Assembly: GCA_010405405.1 (NCBI GenBank)
Contig: MU004232.1
Location: forward strand, 2,189,481 to 2,253,480
Direction of reading: 5' to 3'
Source of the DNA: Microthyrium microscopicum
Lineage: Eukaryota
DNA: 64,000 nucleotides
Positions 11,238 to 25,667 of the stretch are shown here, piece by piece. Position 1 is the stretch's first letter, and each line of letters starts with the position of its first letter. Under the pieces are notes generated by a model that saw only the letters and a program-made list of their open reading frames with translations, had not been told where the DNA came from and made no database searches. Position numbers and translations under genes: made by a program.

Positions 11238-13044
11238 TGTTCTTGAAAGATAGAAACTCCAGTCAACAAAACAAGAAGAAGAGTCTCAAATCTTTTTGAG
11301 CAAACACCACAAGGCAACCAAGCTCTATCCGGCCAGGGAAAGTAGAGGTGGCAATAACCAATCTATAAATTTGACAGCCCAGATCTCGAACCCTTTCTCA
11401 TTACAGAACTACAGCACTCCTAGTGTCTTACAAGGTTGGTCTATCGTCAATACCTGTAGCCATGCCACCTAAGATAAGCCCTTGTTACCCTGAAAAAAGT
11501 TGATATATACAAGATCTCGACCTGACTTGCCACCTCCTGGCCTATTCTGAAACTGAGTTCTGTATAAGAAAGGTGTATAAGTGTCTAGGATGGAGCTTGC
11601 TCACTCATATCGCCGTCTATAAGATTGACTTGCTCTAAGTTTGTGAGTTATTATTCCAAGGTTATCTTCAAGCTGCTCAGACTGAAGTGCGCTCTGACCC
11701 AGCGGGCATATACCTAACTCAAATGATATTTGTGAACCTGCAATCCTTTAAACGCCCAGCCATAAGCCAATCATTTCAAATATCGCAATATAGATGGTCT
11801 AAATCAATGACGAATCGAAAGACTGTTCCTAGCTATGGATTATCCGAGCATATTCACTTCTTGAACGCTAACCTGGCCAGGCTTGCACAACGGGATGAGA
11901 GTACCAAATTACTTGCTCTTGCCCCTGGGCTCTAAGAATTTAATACTTCTTCGAATCTGGGGTAAGCAGAACATCAGCTCAAACCAGTTTAACAATGTTA
12001 AAGTCTTCAAAACAACGCGCAATTCAGCATCCCGAATGGTAATCTGCGTTATCATCATTGCATCAATACTTCTCTTGTGTTGAAGACACAATATAAATTC
12101 TCCGGTTGGACACTACAACTCCACCACGGATATCGCCACATGCATTATGTTAAGCCTTAAACTCGCGTGCCATGGACTGTGCGCCTCTCCAGGGCCAAAG
12201 CTAAGGGAATAAAGGGTGCTGTAAGGGTTCCCCACGTCGTTCAATGCGCCGAAGATTTGTTTCAATGAAAATGGTTAGCAAGGGCAGTGATATTGACCCT
12301 AGAACGTATAGAAGAAGTATTATAACATGTGGAGTACTGAGTTGAAGTCTTTGTTATTATACCCAGATAACGATGTTAGGCACAACTGAAGTAATACTTA
12401 TTCGAGCAAGTTTTTGTATCAACCAAATATGATGATCATTCGATTATGTTCATTCTCTTCACAACTGCTATTAAGGATTGATTAATGTATTGCTTAAAAG
12501 TCGTATGCGGCAGATCTGCTACCCTTGGCCCGGCAAAGCCCCTGAAACAGATGCTTATACGGAATTTGGGCTTCTGGAATGCTCACAAGGCTCAATCCCT
12601 ACATGATCTGGCCATTCAATCAAAAAGCACGTGAGCAGTGAGAGAGATACACAACAGGCTCGGGGACGTTTAGTGATACAAATCAAAGGTACTGAACTTG
12701 AACGAGAAATGTTAGCTCTAGAAATTCACGTTCTAATCGACAATGGAGGCAGAACTATGCCTTGAGGTTCCTTGATGGACTAGTCTGGTGAGTTTGGTGT
12801 GGGTAAATCAGTCCAGGAGTGTGCCCCGGGAGATCCGAAAGGTTAATTAATATGTCGTGCTTTGCCCTTTCTGGTAGCAGAGTGAGATATCATGCTCAAC
12901 GACCCTCCTGATGCTCTTTTAGTCTGTGTAGACACGAGACACAAACTGGAGCCGGTTTTGGTTGGTTGATAGCATGCAATTCCAGCCACTCAGGCACAAA
13001 CTAAAACAATCGCCATGAACAAAAGTGTATATGCTCAATTATGA

Positions 13045-14960
13045 TCAGGTCTTATCAACGGCTTTGACCTTCATACGCATATTATCGCAAGGCCTCGAAG
13101 TAATACAATATTTCTGCAGAGCCAGTCAGTACTAAGCAATCGTGTCAGCATCATTCCACATACCTTATACAACTCCCCACCCACTAACTTCCCATTCTCC
13201 ATCTGGCCCAACCCAACCTTTTCGAATTCAAACCCTCGCACTGTTGACGCAAGAATCGTCTTTGCCTCCAAATTAGCCAATTCCTGCCCAATACAATTGC
13301 GTGGACCTCTCTCAAATGGCCTCCAAGCAGACGCTGGAATCTGCTCTGTCACAGCCTCCTTGACATCTAATCCACCGGCCGCCATACTCATGTCCGTATT
13401 GCCCATCCAGCGTGCTGGCCGGAACTCGTTCTCATCAGGCCCGAATACTGCAGGATCGCGCATGATTCCCTGATGGACGACGTAGATTATTAGTCCGTCG
13501 ATACACACTTCTGTGCCATTATCGAGTTGTAGCATCATACCAGAGCCTGGCGGTGCCATGCGTGCGGCGCTAGCTGGAGGATAGAGGCGCAGTGTTTCTT
13601 TGATGACGGCGCTGAGAAATGGGAGCTTGGATAAGGCATCTTCGCCGCGGTCGAGTATTGTTTGGAGGCTGCCGGTTGGAGATTGGTCGGGGCCCAGGAT
13701 GGAGTCTAGTTCGGCGACGAGGGTGGTGCGAACATCAGGATGACGGTAGAGAAAGTAGAAAGCCCATTGGAGGGCGATGGAGGTGGTGTCGTGGCCTGCA
13801 AAGAGAAAGGTACGAATTTGAGCGCTGATGTTCTCTTCAAGCTCTGGTGTAAGATTTGTTAATCCTTTGAGTGATAGGGAGAGCACGCTGCGGCCTTTGT
13901 CATTGGAATGTGCACCATTAGTCTGCGAATGCAGTTCCCGGAACTTCTGGCGAATGACCGCTTTGACTGAGCTGTTGACGCGATTGGCAAGTATACCACG
14001 CTTGACGAGTTTGACCCAGTGCGCCGGTTTGACCTTCTCAATGATAGAGTGAAAGTCAAATAGAGGCAGGACTCTTTTCAGATGAACAAGAATAGGGTGT
14101 GTTTCCTTGGTGGCATCTTGGGCATTCATATCAGTATCCAAAACTACGGAGCCTGTATTCAAAGTAAGTGATTGTAGGATTGGGTGAGTACTGAATGACC
14201 ATACCGATGATATCGAAAGTAAGATCTGTAGTTAGTTCGTTCAGCTCAAAGATATCTCCAGACTTGCTCAATTCTTCCAGTCGAGCATGAAATAGACCAG
14301 TCTTCTCTACAATCGACGCTAACAGCGTCATCAAATGCTGAGGTGCAAATCCAGAATTGAAGATTTTCCGGAGAGACTTCCATTCCTCGCCCTATGGCAG
14401 ATTAGTATGTGGACTCTATCAAATGGTGTGAGGCTGCTGTTTACATTAACCGAGAATATCGAGTCTTTTCCAATGAGATCGCTAAACGCGTGAACGGTTG
14501 GACTCTTATCCACGGAATACTTGAAGAGCTTAGTCGACTTTGAAATTTGCTCGGCCAAGCTGTGAGACCATATCTGAACTGTTGGATACTCGACAGGCCA
14601 CATATCAAGATAGACGGCTCCGTCATTACCAGCCTCCTTTCGTAAAAGCTCAAATGCATAGTCTTGATCAAGCTGTTAGTGATATCAAAAATTGACAAAT
14701 TGACAAAGCGAAAATGGATGCCAAAGCTTTAACACCACTTCATACATACCGGGATGTCGACTGTCCAGATCCTCCATAGCACCAACGGCTCTCATGGCTT
14801 TGCCAATGTCTTCAAGATGGCCAAAGAGTAAACTCGGCGACCGAGGCATCGCGAGGCCCTTGTAACGCTCATAACGCCGATAAGAAAGCTTCCTGTAGAG
14901 ATACCAGACTAGAACTGGCAGCAGAACTAAAACAGGGTGGAAGAATGACCGAACGGCCAT
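13045..14960 (-). CDS. Cytochrome P450 (CYP59/StcS-VerA-like)
   Basis: N-terminal anchor, I-helix TFLFAGHDTTS, ETLR and heme motif PFERGPRNCIG. Multi-exon; the last exon ends KVKAVDKT* at 13045. Confidence 0.92.
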
Positions 14961-16322
14961 GTTTATCAAAGGCCAAAGCTAATAATATGCGAGGCTAGGG
15001 ACCAGGGGCCTCCAAAGCTTTCGAACCTGGTCGACGGATCTACTTGGGTAATGAGGAACTCAAGGATGGTATACTAGTAATTCAGCTGATTTCCTACACA
15101 CCTGGTCAATGGACATGCTACATAGCGAATTCAAAAGCTGTATCTTACTTCAATTGAGTTCTGTCAATCAATCGCCACGGCGTGAACTTGGAGTTCCAAC
15201 TGCTAATCGCTTCACGTTATGGCTACTTCCAACGCGAAATAGATTGGTCCGCGAAAGATTGTTGCAAGAAGAGTCAGTACTAGTGAGCCATACAGTTTAG
15301 TAGAATTTCCTAAACGCTTCAGTTGCTTGACTCTTGAGGCTCTCGCAGAATTGATCCTGGCATTGATGATTGCTTGACGAAGCTTGGCGTCCGGATTTGA
15401 GGCGGCGTCATAGAGTAGCGTGTCTTTCTGAGGCCCCCCTATTATTACTACACAGTAGCTTGAAATGTCGAAAAAGTAAACAATGTTAATTAGACTCGAG
15501 GCCAGTATATACGCAGAGAAAGCAAGACACCCGCCATCAAGCCCGATTCAATCTGTTGTGTCAAATTAGCAGAACTGTGTAACGAACATTAAGATCTGAA
15601 CAAAACTCCAAAAACCAACTCAGAGTCCAATGTGCCATTTCTATCATATCCACTTGTTGCCCTTCTGAACGCCGAATTTGTGCTAGACAATGCAATAAAT
15701 ATGTATACAACCGGCCAGCCCCTTTGTCCAGGGTCAGAAAACTCTGGTGATGACATCAAAAACAGGATAAAAGAAACAATATTATGCCATCTATCACATC
15801 TGCCGGAGAACTTTTTGTTATCAGCCACATTGACCCTCATAATCCCATGAACACAGCCATGAAGAGAAACCAACGGCCCTGAGAATCCAGACGTTGAATT
15901 GCCGTTCATCCTTGTTATTTTGAAGAATTCCACGTTGGTACTTTGTACCGCCCTGATGCTTTCGCTCTGCAGATCGGATATATAAAGGCGCCAATAGCGA
16001 CTAGAATCAGAATCGCAATGCCAACTCGTTTGATATACCAGAAAACAGTATAAGGCGACTTGGGTATGGCGCTTTAAACAAAAACGAGTACAGTTAGTTG
16101 ATGGGTGCTAGAAGGGGGAGTACAGCACAAGTACAGTTAGACAATATTGGGATCGTGTGCAACATAAAACCGGGGGTATAGAAGTGTCAAGGGACGCGGT
16201 ACAAGATGGGGGTTTTGAGGGTTTCGAATAATATGCTTCCATGCGCTCTGCTTCTCCTACACAACAGCAGCGCGTATTTCGGGACGAATGATGGGTAGTG
16301 GGCGGTTCGGACTTGAGTGCTT

Positions 16323-17687
16323 TTAATTCTGCTCTTTTTCGTACCCTTCCGGTTTCTTCATGTCATTCAGCTCATAAAATCTTGACAGACCTAAAGGATT
16401 GTTAGCATCAATTTCCGCTTGAAAATTTAACCCGACAGCGCTCACAACTATATCCCTTCCAGTCAAAGTTATCCTCGGGCTTGCAGTGACATTTGTGATC
16501 CATCCTATATTGTTCTCCAGTGGGGCAGTGTGTGAAGGGTACATGATAGTAGGCGATGTCATTGAAAAAATGAATCTCGCTCTTGTCCAACATAAGACCA
16601 GCAGCAATACTGTGAACTGGGGCATCACCCCAGCGCTCGTAGAAGAAACCACCGCTTTGGTCCAAATGATTGAAGTAGTCAAGGTAGGCTTGCGATCGGA
16701 GCCAATTTGCGTTGGCGATCTCAAAGTTAGACCACTGTATTTATGTTAGTATGGAATTGAGAACAGAACAATCAAATCAACTTACAAAATGACAGTGATT
16801 GTAGTCGACACCGCCATTGTCACTCAAGAACTTCATTGAATTGTCCTTGGCAACATATTGGGGAAACTTGGCGGTGAAATCCTTGACGGTGTTCCAAAGG
16901 GTGGGGATAGTCTCGACGTATTCGTATAAGCTTAGTACGAAACTATACTTCTTCTTGTTGTCCGCCATGAATTTGAAAGGGTCATAGTCAATGTCGCAGT
17001 AGAGCTCAATGCTTGGCTCAACACGCCAATACCACTCGTAATCCAGCATCAATGGGTGGCGGAAGAAGAAGCCAGACTCGAATCGACACATGTGACGGTA
17101 AGAGACAGAGTCCCCGTATATAATTTTCTTCTCTCTCATCTCATCTCGGACCTTGGCAGCCTTGTCCTGATCGATATGATCGGGAAATGACCAATGCTCC
17201 TTGGGAATCTTGCCGTACTTGGTCTTTCCAGACGCTAATGCGGTTGTGACCTTCTTGAACTCATCGTTGAATTCGTCATCGTTGAGGAATACCCAGTCGT
17301 AGTTGAATTTGCGGTTGAATCTGTCTTCAACCTGTCTGATGGAGCGTGCAATCTCCCAGACATCTTGGTTACGAGCAAGTGTGACGAAAGTCGCGTTCAT
17401 TCGGGGGCCATTGACAACGGCTGGGGGAAGACCGTTTGAATTGGGTGTTGTGCCCTGCACGCTTCCTGAGGCTTGTTTGGTGGTATCTACGGCATTGGGC
17501 TTGCTTGTAGCAGGCTGCGAGGTGGACCCTGAGAATGTCGTTGGTCCTGCGGATGAATTGATATACCACACGAGCGCAAGGCACTGATTGAACAATTAGC
17601 CAACTGATGTAGATGGGGAAGTTTTGGGCTGAAAAGACATACAAATACTGCCACTATCACGTAGCGCACATAGCGCGTTCCAGCCAT
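16323..17687 (-). CDS. Alpha-1,2-mannosyltransferase, GT15 (Kre2/Ktr1 family)
   Basis: Type II anchor, [40 protein letters not shown] and [12 protein letters not shown]. Three introns. Confidence 0.95.
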
Positions 17688-19428
17688 TCTGTGTCCCTGA
17701 CCAGAGAATCTTCCACCTCTGTCCGGGGAGTAGACTTTGCCCTTGAAGGACTCCAGGATGTCGAAGGAGGAACGGCTATGGGGAATATAGATGGAGAAGG
17801 CGAAGGATGGATCGGAATGCTGTAGCAAGCCTTTGGAATGTGCAGTGCTATGAAGGGTGGTTTAGACACTGGCGGCAGTCGCGATGGGCGAAGAAGGAAG
17901 GTTCGATGGAGGTTCGATGGAGGTTTGAGGAAGGAGCGATCGAATGGTTGTAGGAGAGAAAGGAAGGAGTTGAGGAGTAGGACAAAGAAAGGCAATGGGA
18001 TGTCACTGCCAAAAAAGGGAGAGCCTCTGGATTCTGGAAGGCTCAAAGGGGCGCCACCAAAACGATTGGATCTAGCCCGAAAAAGAAAGAAAAAAGAGCT
18101 AAAAGAGCTTAAAGGCCAGCTTGCTAACAGGTACGCCCAACAACGAAAAGAGGCTTGCAACACAACGACCGACCTGTCTGTACCAAGGTTAGTATCACAA
18201 CAGGTGCAAGATAACTCAGCCAGATATATTCCTCAGTATCGAATAGAAAATCGCAGAGGCGGGGCCGCGAATACGTGATTGCTGGCCTTATGCGGCGTGT
18301 TACGTGGAATGTGGAGTGAGAGTCGTTGGCTGTGCAGAGCTTGGAACTTTGGAAGCGTCCTAAAGGAGAATTGGAGCGATCTCGTTCGTCAAGAAATCAG
18401 GGACAAGTGTCTGGCCTGCTTCACTATCGACTAATTCGGAATTTCGGACAACTACGAATGAAACTGGCCACTCACCAGCCACAGTAGACGGACAAGCAAA
18501 CGAGCAGAAAGATTGATGATACCAAGTAAAGTAGGACAAAGAACCTACTGCACCTTTACAAAGCTATAGATAGAGTAATAAATCCAATGTCGTCAGCTTT
18601 CTAGACCAAACATATGGCAGTCCCCTGTACAAACTACAGTGTAAACATCCAGGTTCCTCGGAACATTCCATCGAATCCATCTGGATCCAAGTTGACAGAT
18701 TTGAGCCTCACCATCTATGCTTCCCTGAGTATAACAATTTGTGAGGTATGTGGCCTCATATCACATTTCGTACGCTTATGAGATTTCGACAGCCCAGCAC
18801 AGCAGAAGTTATGTCCTACATAGACTAGTATTCTTGTGCGACGAATTGTTCAAGTCGCCCTCCAAACTGAAACACCCCTTGTCGGGGCAGGCATAAGAAG
18901 ATCTTTGACTGGAGTATGGGGCCAATATCCTGGATGCTCATCAAGCTCTTCAGCTTTTCATACAACAACGAAGATCAGTTATGATGAGAGACCAGGCTTG
19001 ATTGAGCACTTGATTTAGAGTTTCTGCTATCGAGTGCGATGGCAATCATTGCACCTTTAAACAATAGCAGACCTTGTTCTCCGATGCGGAGTGATTCATC
19101 CATTCAGTTGCTGGAGTGAATAGCTTCGCTGGATGTTCATCATGATAGCTAAAATCACTCCGGATCCTAAGTTGAGATGTCGGAGCCTTACTCTGCATTT
19201 TGGTGGTCTTTGAAGAAATCGCGACTCACGACTGGGAGTTTGACTTTTCAGAGCACAGGCGGAAACTCGTAAGGCAAGCGCACCCCACATGGCTCACACG
19301 TGACCGTTGAAATCGACCTCAGTATTTTTGATGTTTTTGGATTTCTTGATTGGCAACATACAACATCCCTCAGCTTCTAACCATAACAACCGCAGGACCG
19401 TACTGGCCACGTCACAAAAGCCGTCGAA

Positions 19429-20336
19429 ATGCGTCTTACATCCGATCTGATCACTGCGTCGTTGTCCTACATCAATCCACTCAAGGAGCGTGAACTCGAT
19501 CTTAGAGGTACGATGCGGCCCCAGAACAGATACTACACTTGATTGAATAGAGCAGCATTGATACCATCCAATTTCTAGGACACAAAATACCCACCATAGA
19601 GAACCTTGGTGTCGCTCGCGTAAGTTCAACTTCGCACTCCAACATGCTTTTCATGCAACAATTATTTAACCACATGCCGTAGGATCAAGATGCGATTGAC
19701 TTTACCGACAATGCCATAGCTACGCTATCAAACTTCCCTCTCTCTCCGCGTCTAAACACCCTCCTCCTCGCTCGCAATCGCGTCAACATTATCGCTCCAA
19801 ATCTACACACATTAATCCCCAACCTCACCACGCTCGTACTCACCGAAAATCGCATCACCAACCTTGCCGACCTCGACCCACTCGGATCATTCAAACGACT
19901 CACAACTCTAGTTCTGATCGGAAATCCCATCACGCGCAAACAGCACTATCGGCTGTGGGTTATATGGCGCTGTCGCGCTGTGCGCTTCCTCGACTTTGCG
20001 CGGGTTCGTGATGTCGAAAGAACAGAGGCCAATACCCTATTTGGCGAGGACGAGAAGAACATGACGCCGCTAGCGAAGCAGATCTCACTGGCCAAGTCTG
20101 CCGGAGGTGCAACAATTTCTGGCGCTGATGACGATACGGAAATGGACGGCACGGGGTCTGGTGGAAAAGTCAAGCTCACTGACAAGGAGAAGAAGCGCGT
20201 GCAACAGATGATTCGCAATGCGAAAAGCTTGGGGGATATTGGAAGACTGGAGAAAGAGCTAGAGGAAGGGCGCATACCTGGAGGAGTGCTGGCAGACGAT
20301 GATGATGATGATGATGATGATGCTATGGAGGAATGA
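19429..20336 (+). CDS. LEA1: U2 snRNP protein A' (LRR)
   Basis: MRLTSDLI...YINPLKERELDLRGHKIPTIENLGVA..DAIDFTDN...VRFLDF. Introns 19508-19578 and 19620-19682. Poly-Asp (GAT)n tail. Confidence 0.95.
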
Positions 20337-21089
20337 TTGTCGAAAGCTGACGAAGGTATTGACAGTCCTCACTATCATCCTGACTTTTCGGCAATTGGTT
20401 TCATGGGTAGTATGATGTGCCTCCCTGACGAACAACAACAGGCATTGTTCGTTCCTAGCAAGTAATGATACCAACTATCAGAATCGTTGGCCTGAACTGC
20501 ACATTGACGGCCTTGTACCTGTAGGGATTATGAACCTTCCTGAAAGCATACGCTCGTGGTGGGCTGATAATATTGTTTTCTCCGCACTTGTAGTTGCATG
20601 ATCAGACCCATGAGGCACGTTTGTGTACATGTTTACAGGGCATTATGTACTATTGAGATTGATGGGCACTTCAAAAAGGAGCATATCGGGTATTCGGCAA
20701 TATCGGCAATGATCGGATTTTCGGGCGATCGGGTCGGAAGAGTTCGCGAAACGTGGGCGTACTGCCAATGACGATCCTGCCTTTGCAAAACTGTATCCGC
20801 TGCAAGCCTGCAACCCTCATGTGAAAGTTGGATTTGTGCATGGTGTGTTGCAGGAAAAACAAATCAACAAGCTCCCCCATTCACGATCGAATGATCTCTC
20901 AATATCCATCACGATCCACGTCTGTCTATAGTGGTTATCGTCCTGCATCTCAGATCTTCAACCCATCCGCCACCACAGGCAGCCTCTGTAATTCTCAGTC
21001 ATCCCGTAAGAGGCCGCTACTCCTCACTTCGTCTACCTTTATCCCACTCGACTCTCCGACATAACCAACTCCTCCATAGATCCGCGGAC

Positions 21090-21632
21090 ATGACGACAAA
21101 CCGCCCTTTTTTCTCAAACTTTCTATCAGCCTTCCGAGCTCGATCAGGCTACCAAAAGGCATCAACGTCAGCAAATGGAGCCGTATCAGGAGCCTCATTA
21201 ACATCCGCATACGCCCAGGCACAAGCACACCAAGCATCCTCGTCACAGGCAGCCTTTTCCACAGCAACAAGGAACGCAAATACAGCATCAAATAAAGCCG
21301 CACAACAATCATCGCCTGGTTCCGCACCTATAAGTATATCACAACCGTCAAGCCAATTTCCCTCATCGACACGACGGCCACCACATTCAACATCTCCATT
21401 ATCACCAGCATCCAATACAGCAGGACTACGTGCCATGGGGACAATGTCACCAAGAAATAAGGAGAGGCGAGGATCAGACAGTTCATCAGATGGCTTCCGA
21501 GATGCTTCAGGAGCGGAAAAGTGGTATATTGGCGGGCGAACAGCCGCAGGGGAGGAGAAATTTTACAAACTTAGCATGGTTAAGCGGCCGAGAAGTTTGG
21601 ACCGGCTAAGTATTGATCGACTGAGCCTTTGA
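21090..21632 (+). CDS. Conserved fungal hypothetical protein
   Basis: Intronless. N-terminal RPFFSNFLSAFRA and C-terminal RRGSDSSSDGFRD...KWYIGGR...EEKFYKL blocks flank a low-complexity linker. Confidence 0.75.
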   Translation: MTTNRPFFSNFLSAFRARSGYQKASTSANGAVSGASLTSAYAQAQAHQASSSQAAFSTATRNANTASNKAAQQSSPGSAPISISQPSSQFPSSTRRPPHSTSPLSPASNTAGLRAMGTMSPRNKERRGSDSSSDGFRDASGAEKWYIGGRTAAGEEKFYKLSMVKRPRSLDRLSIDRLSL

Positions 21633-22967
21633 GAACATCAGGCAAAGCAAGTTATCTTTTCACGAATCTACGACACAAAACAAACTGCCTGCAAGATTAT
21701 TGCCAGATGTACATCACTCACTCACGCACCATATGAGACACAAACGTTGCTTTGGAGATTCAGTCTCATCACGCACAAATACCTGCTTGGTAGGATATAT
21801 GGGCATTTCCGTCTATTTGCAGGCGATGTTTGGCGCTAAACATGGCGTAAGTTGCCCTGCTATCGACGGGATCACAGGCAGGCTTTGAGGAACATAGCCA
21901 GAATTGTACATATTCATCTCGAATGAAGACATATCGTCCGTGTAGGACGTGCCGATGAGAAGAATTATATCCTGACAGGTGCAGGCTGTGTTGTATGAGT
22001 CGTGGATGAATGGTGCAGCAGTGCATGTAGTGAATGGTGATGGGTAAACCCCCCGAAAAACTCGGAAGGCACGAAGGTCAAAGTGGCAGCCAAAGTAGCG
22101 GAGGCCTTTGCCCCTTCCCCAACAAATGCAATGCTGCAACTTCCCGACATCCAGCTGCACCTTCCCACTCTGTTCAATCTTCATTCCTACCTTTTACTCC
22201 TCCATCCTTTTCCAACATCGCCTTTGACCTGTGTTGATTTCTCTATATTATTGCGCCAGCCCCATAACTCGGCTACAACCATCTGGAACTGCATCAACTC
22301 ACATCTTTCTCCAGCTTCATAGCCCTGGCTCACTCGGTCCCGTAAGAGAATCTCGTCCCGCTCAAGAGACATCCTTTCGCAGTCCTATTTAACACCACGA
22401 TAGACATTCTCCTAGAATCATCAGAAAATAATTCATCATATCGCGTATACTTCAATCTCGTTCGGTCCATACACACCCATCTTCTAAGCTGTGCTTGATT
22501 GCTGGACAGCTCATCTGGGGATTCTTTGTGCCTTCTCCCAGCCCACCATTCAATCTCCTTGTACTATATCCTGTTGATCGATGATGGCCTCGAAGCACAT
22601 AGGGAATTATTCACGGTAGTCAAAATCACATATAAATAGCTGTTGAATCGGTTATGCGCCGTGTCTCGAGCTGGTCAAGGGGCCTGGAGCAGCTTGTGGA
22701 GGCCTTCCTGCGACACTAAGACCTCCTCTCATTGACGATCAGCACAAAACACACTCAGTCTCTTGAACGTGGACGCAGACGCTTGTGTAGAGAACCACCC
22801 TGCAGCTCTTTCACTCGGCGTGCAAACTCTCTACATCGCCAACGCGTCACTTCCTTCCCTCTTGGTGATTTTAGTCACCCCTCCTGGCGCATTTGCTGCC
22901 AACCTCTCAACCTGACGAAAATCTCCACCTCCTCAACACCTTCTCTTCACAAAAGTCATCTGTCACC

Positions 22968-25667
22968 ATGGCACCCTCACCCCCGACCATCAAGCATGAG
23001 ATGTCTACCTCTTCTTCCTCGCGTGCCTCTCTCTCTGCTAGTCCCATTGATGTTCCTCACACGATACCCCGACTCTCAACAAACTCACCGGGCTACACGC
23101 CAAACAAGTCCTACAGCACTCCTCGCACGCCAGATATAAAGGAAGAAGTCATCGGCGCAGAAATAATGGTCAAGACGGAGCCTGGCAAGGCACCCAAGCT
23201 AGCTCGTTCAGCAACGCGCAAGGTTGCCTTTAAGCCTCCGGTGCTCTACAACGACGAACCAGACAAATACGACGAGGCAACCTCATCTTTTCAGGTCATC
23301 GAAGACTGCACATATTCCAATAAATATCTCGGCTGGACAGAATCACAGTACGAGTGCGAATGTGCTGAAGAGTGGGATCCAGACACCCAAGAGAACAATG
23401 CCTGCTCGGAATCATCCAACTGCATCAATCGGCTGACCAAGGTCGAATGTGAGGCCGATTGTCACTGTCAAAATCAACGGTTCAAACAAAAACAATGGGC
23501 CGACGTCTCGGTTTTCAAGACAGAAAAGAAAGGATATGGTCTCCGCGCAAATACGGATTTACAACCTAATGATTTTATATTCGAATATATTGGAGAGGTG
23601 ATTGACGAACAAAAGTTCCGACGGCGGACGCGCCAATATAATGATGAAGGCATCAAACACTTCTATTTCATGTCACTGAGTAAAGATGCCTTTATTGACG
23701 CGACAAAGAAAGGCAATCTCGGACGATTTTGCAACCATTCCTGCAACCCCAACTGCTTCGTGGACAAATGGATCGTTGGAGAAAAGGTCCGCATGGGAAT
23801 CTTCGCTCAGCGAGCAATTCGACAGGGCGAAGAGCTGGTGTTCAACTACAATGTTGATCGATATGGCGCAGACCCGCAGGAGTGCTTTTGCGGAGAGCCA
23901 AACTGTACCAGATACATTGGTGGCAAAACTCAGACAGACCGCGCGACCAAACTCTCCAATGCAACCATCGAGGCATTGGGTATTGAAGGTTTCGATGACT
24001 GGGAAGATGCGATTCCTAAGAAAATCAAAGCACCCAAGAAACGAAAAACCGAAGAGGACGACGAAGAATATGTCAGCAATGTCGAGCCCAAGTCTTTGGA
24101 TGAGGATAGTGTCACCAAGGTCATGGCTGTTCTCATGCAATGCAAAGAAAAATGGATTGCCGCCAAACTTCTCGGACGTATCCAAGATGCCGCTTCGGAT
24201 GACCAAGTTATGAACCGAGTAGTTCGAATGCATGGTTATCGGATATTGAAGACCGCTCTGTCCAATTTCCTTGAAGATGACAACGTCTGTCTTCAAGTGT
24301 TGGATGTCCTTTCTAAGCTACCGCGCCTGACTAAAAACAAAATCCAAGACTCAGGCATTGAGGAAACTGTTGGAAAACTCACCACACACACTGACGAAGT
24401 TGTTTCCTCACAAGCTACTCAAATTCTGGATACCTGGAGCAAACTCACCATTGCATATCGGATACCGCGCGTCAAACGTGACCCTAATACTGTCACGGTT
24501 CGCACAGATCGACCAGACCGAAGAGACGCCCAAGAACGATCTGGATCACCACCACGAACAAAGTCCCCCGTTGCGCCAACTGGCCCAAAGAGCACCATGC
24601 CACAACGAACCGCGCCGTTCTTTAATGCCTCGCGGCCAGCATTTCAGTCACCTCGTGTTACCCTCCCTCGAGGCTGGTTTTCTGCCTTTGACAAGGATAG
24701 AAAACAAACTTATTTTTATACTTCCGATGGACGAACAAGCTGGGATCGACCTACGCAGCCGGCTGCTGTATCTGCCCCTCAAAAACCCCAACAATCTAAA
24801 GAGAGCATATTGCAAGCAATGGTGGAGCGCATCACTCGTGAAGAGGCAGCGAGACAAGCTGCAGCTGCGGCGGCTGCAGCAGAGTCGTCGCGGGCGAGTG
24901 AGGCGGTCACTCCTGAAGAGCCTATGAGAAGAGAAGATAATTGGCGATCTTACTCAGAAGAGAAGCAGAAACGGATCTACGAAAATACTGTAAGTTCCAC
25001 AATTTTTTGCTTGAACTCTCATACTGACATTGTTATAGCTCTCTCCGATCATTCGCCATGTCATAAATAAATACAAGCACAAACTTGAGCGCGAAGATAT
25101 CAAGCGCTGGGGAAAAGAGGTATGGACAACAATTTTCTCATTTTCTGCACTTGGCTAATTGCTTCGATACAGGTTTCGAAAAAGCTGGTCAACTCTGACT
25201 TCAAGAACGGCCGAATCAACAATCCTTACAAAATCTCCTCAAAACAAGAACAAGGCGTGAAAAAGTTCGTCACAGGATTCTTCGACAAAGCAGTAATCAA
25301 GTACGAAGAAGGCAAAAAGAAGAAGGAGGAGAAAAAAGCGAGATATCTTGCCGATAAGAAGGCAAAGGCCGCAGCAAGCACTGCTAGTGTAGCCACCGAT
25401 TCTCCAGCTCTCTCTACTCCCGCCATTGCTTCCACGGAAGAGGATGACGTGACACTGACAGACCATGAAATCTCCGATAATGAGGATGGCTCTAATGCGT
25501 CCAAAAAGCGGAAACGCGATATCGTTGCTGATGCAAAGGCTCGATTGGATGAAGAGGCTTTGGTCAAACGGGCGAAGACTGAGGACGAAGATGCGCCGAC
25601 TCCTCCGCCTCCACCGCCTCCACCGATGGCGATAGGTGCTGTTGACGGCAAGGCTGAAGAGGGATGA
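22968..25667 (+). CDS. SET2: Histone H3K36 methyltransferase Set2
   Basis: AWS, SET (KKGYGLRA, RFCNHSCNPN, ELVFNY), post-SET CFCGEPNC, WW (LPRGW...TSWDRP) and SRI-like C-terminus. Introns 24990-25038 and 25120-25172. Confidence 0.96.

Noticed and set aside
12193..14982. GGCCAAAGCTAA shared upstream of the FAD oxidase (12193) and the P450 (14971)
   Set aside because: A single 12-mer match at very different distances from the starts; compatible with chance.
15589..15933. Short ORFs between the P450 and the GT15 gene
   Set aside because: No motifs, signal peptide or consistent splice structure.
17657..18278. 168-aa and 146-aa ORFs upstream of the GT15 gene
   Set aside because: CT/GA-biased 5' UTR/promoter sequence that is naturally poor in stop codons.
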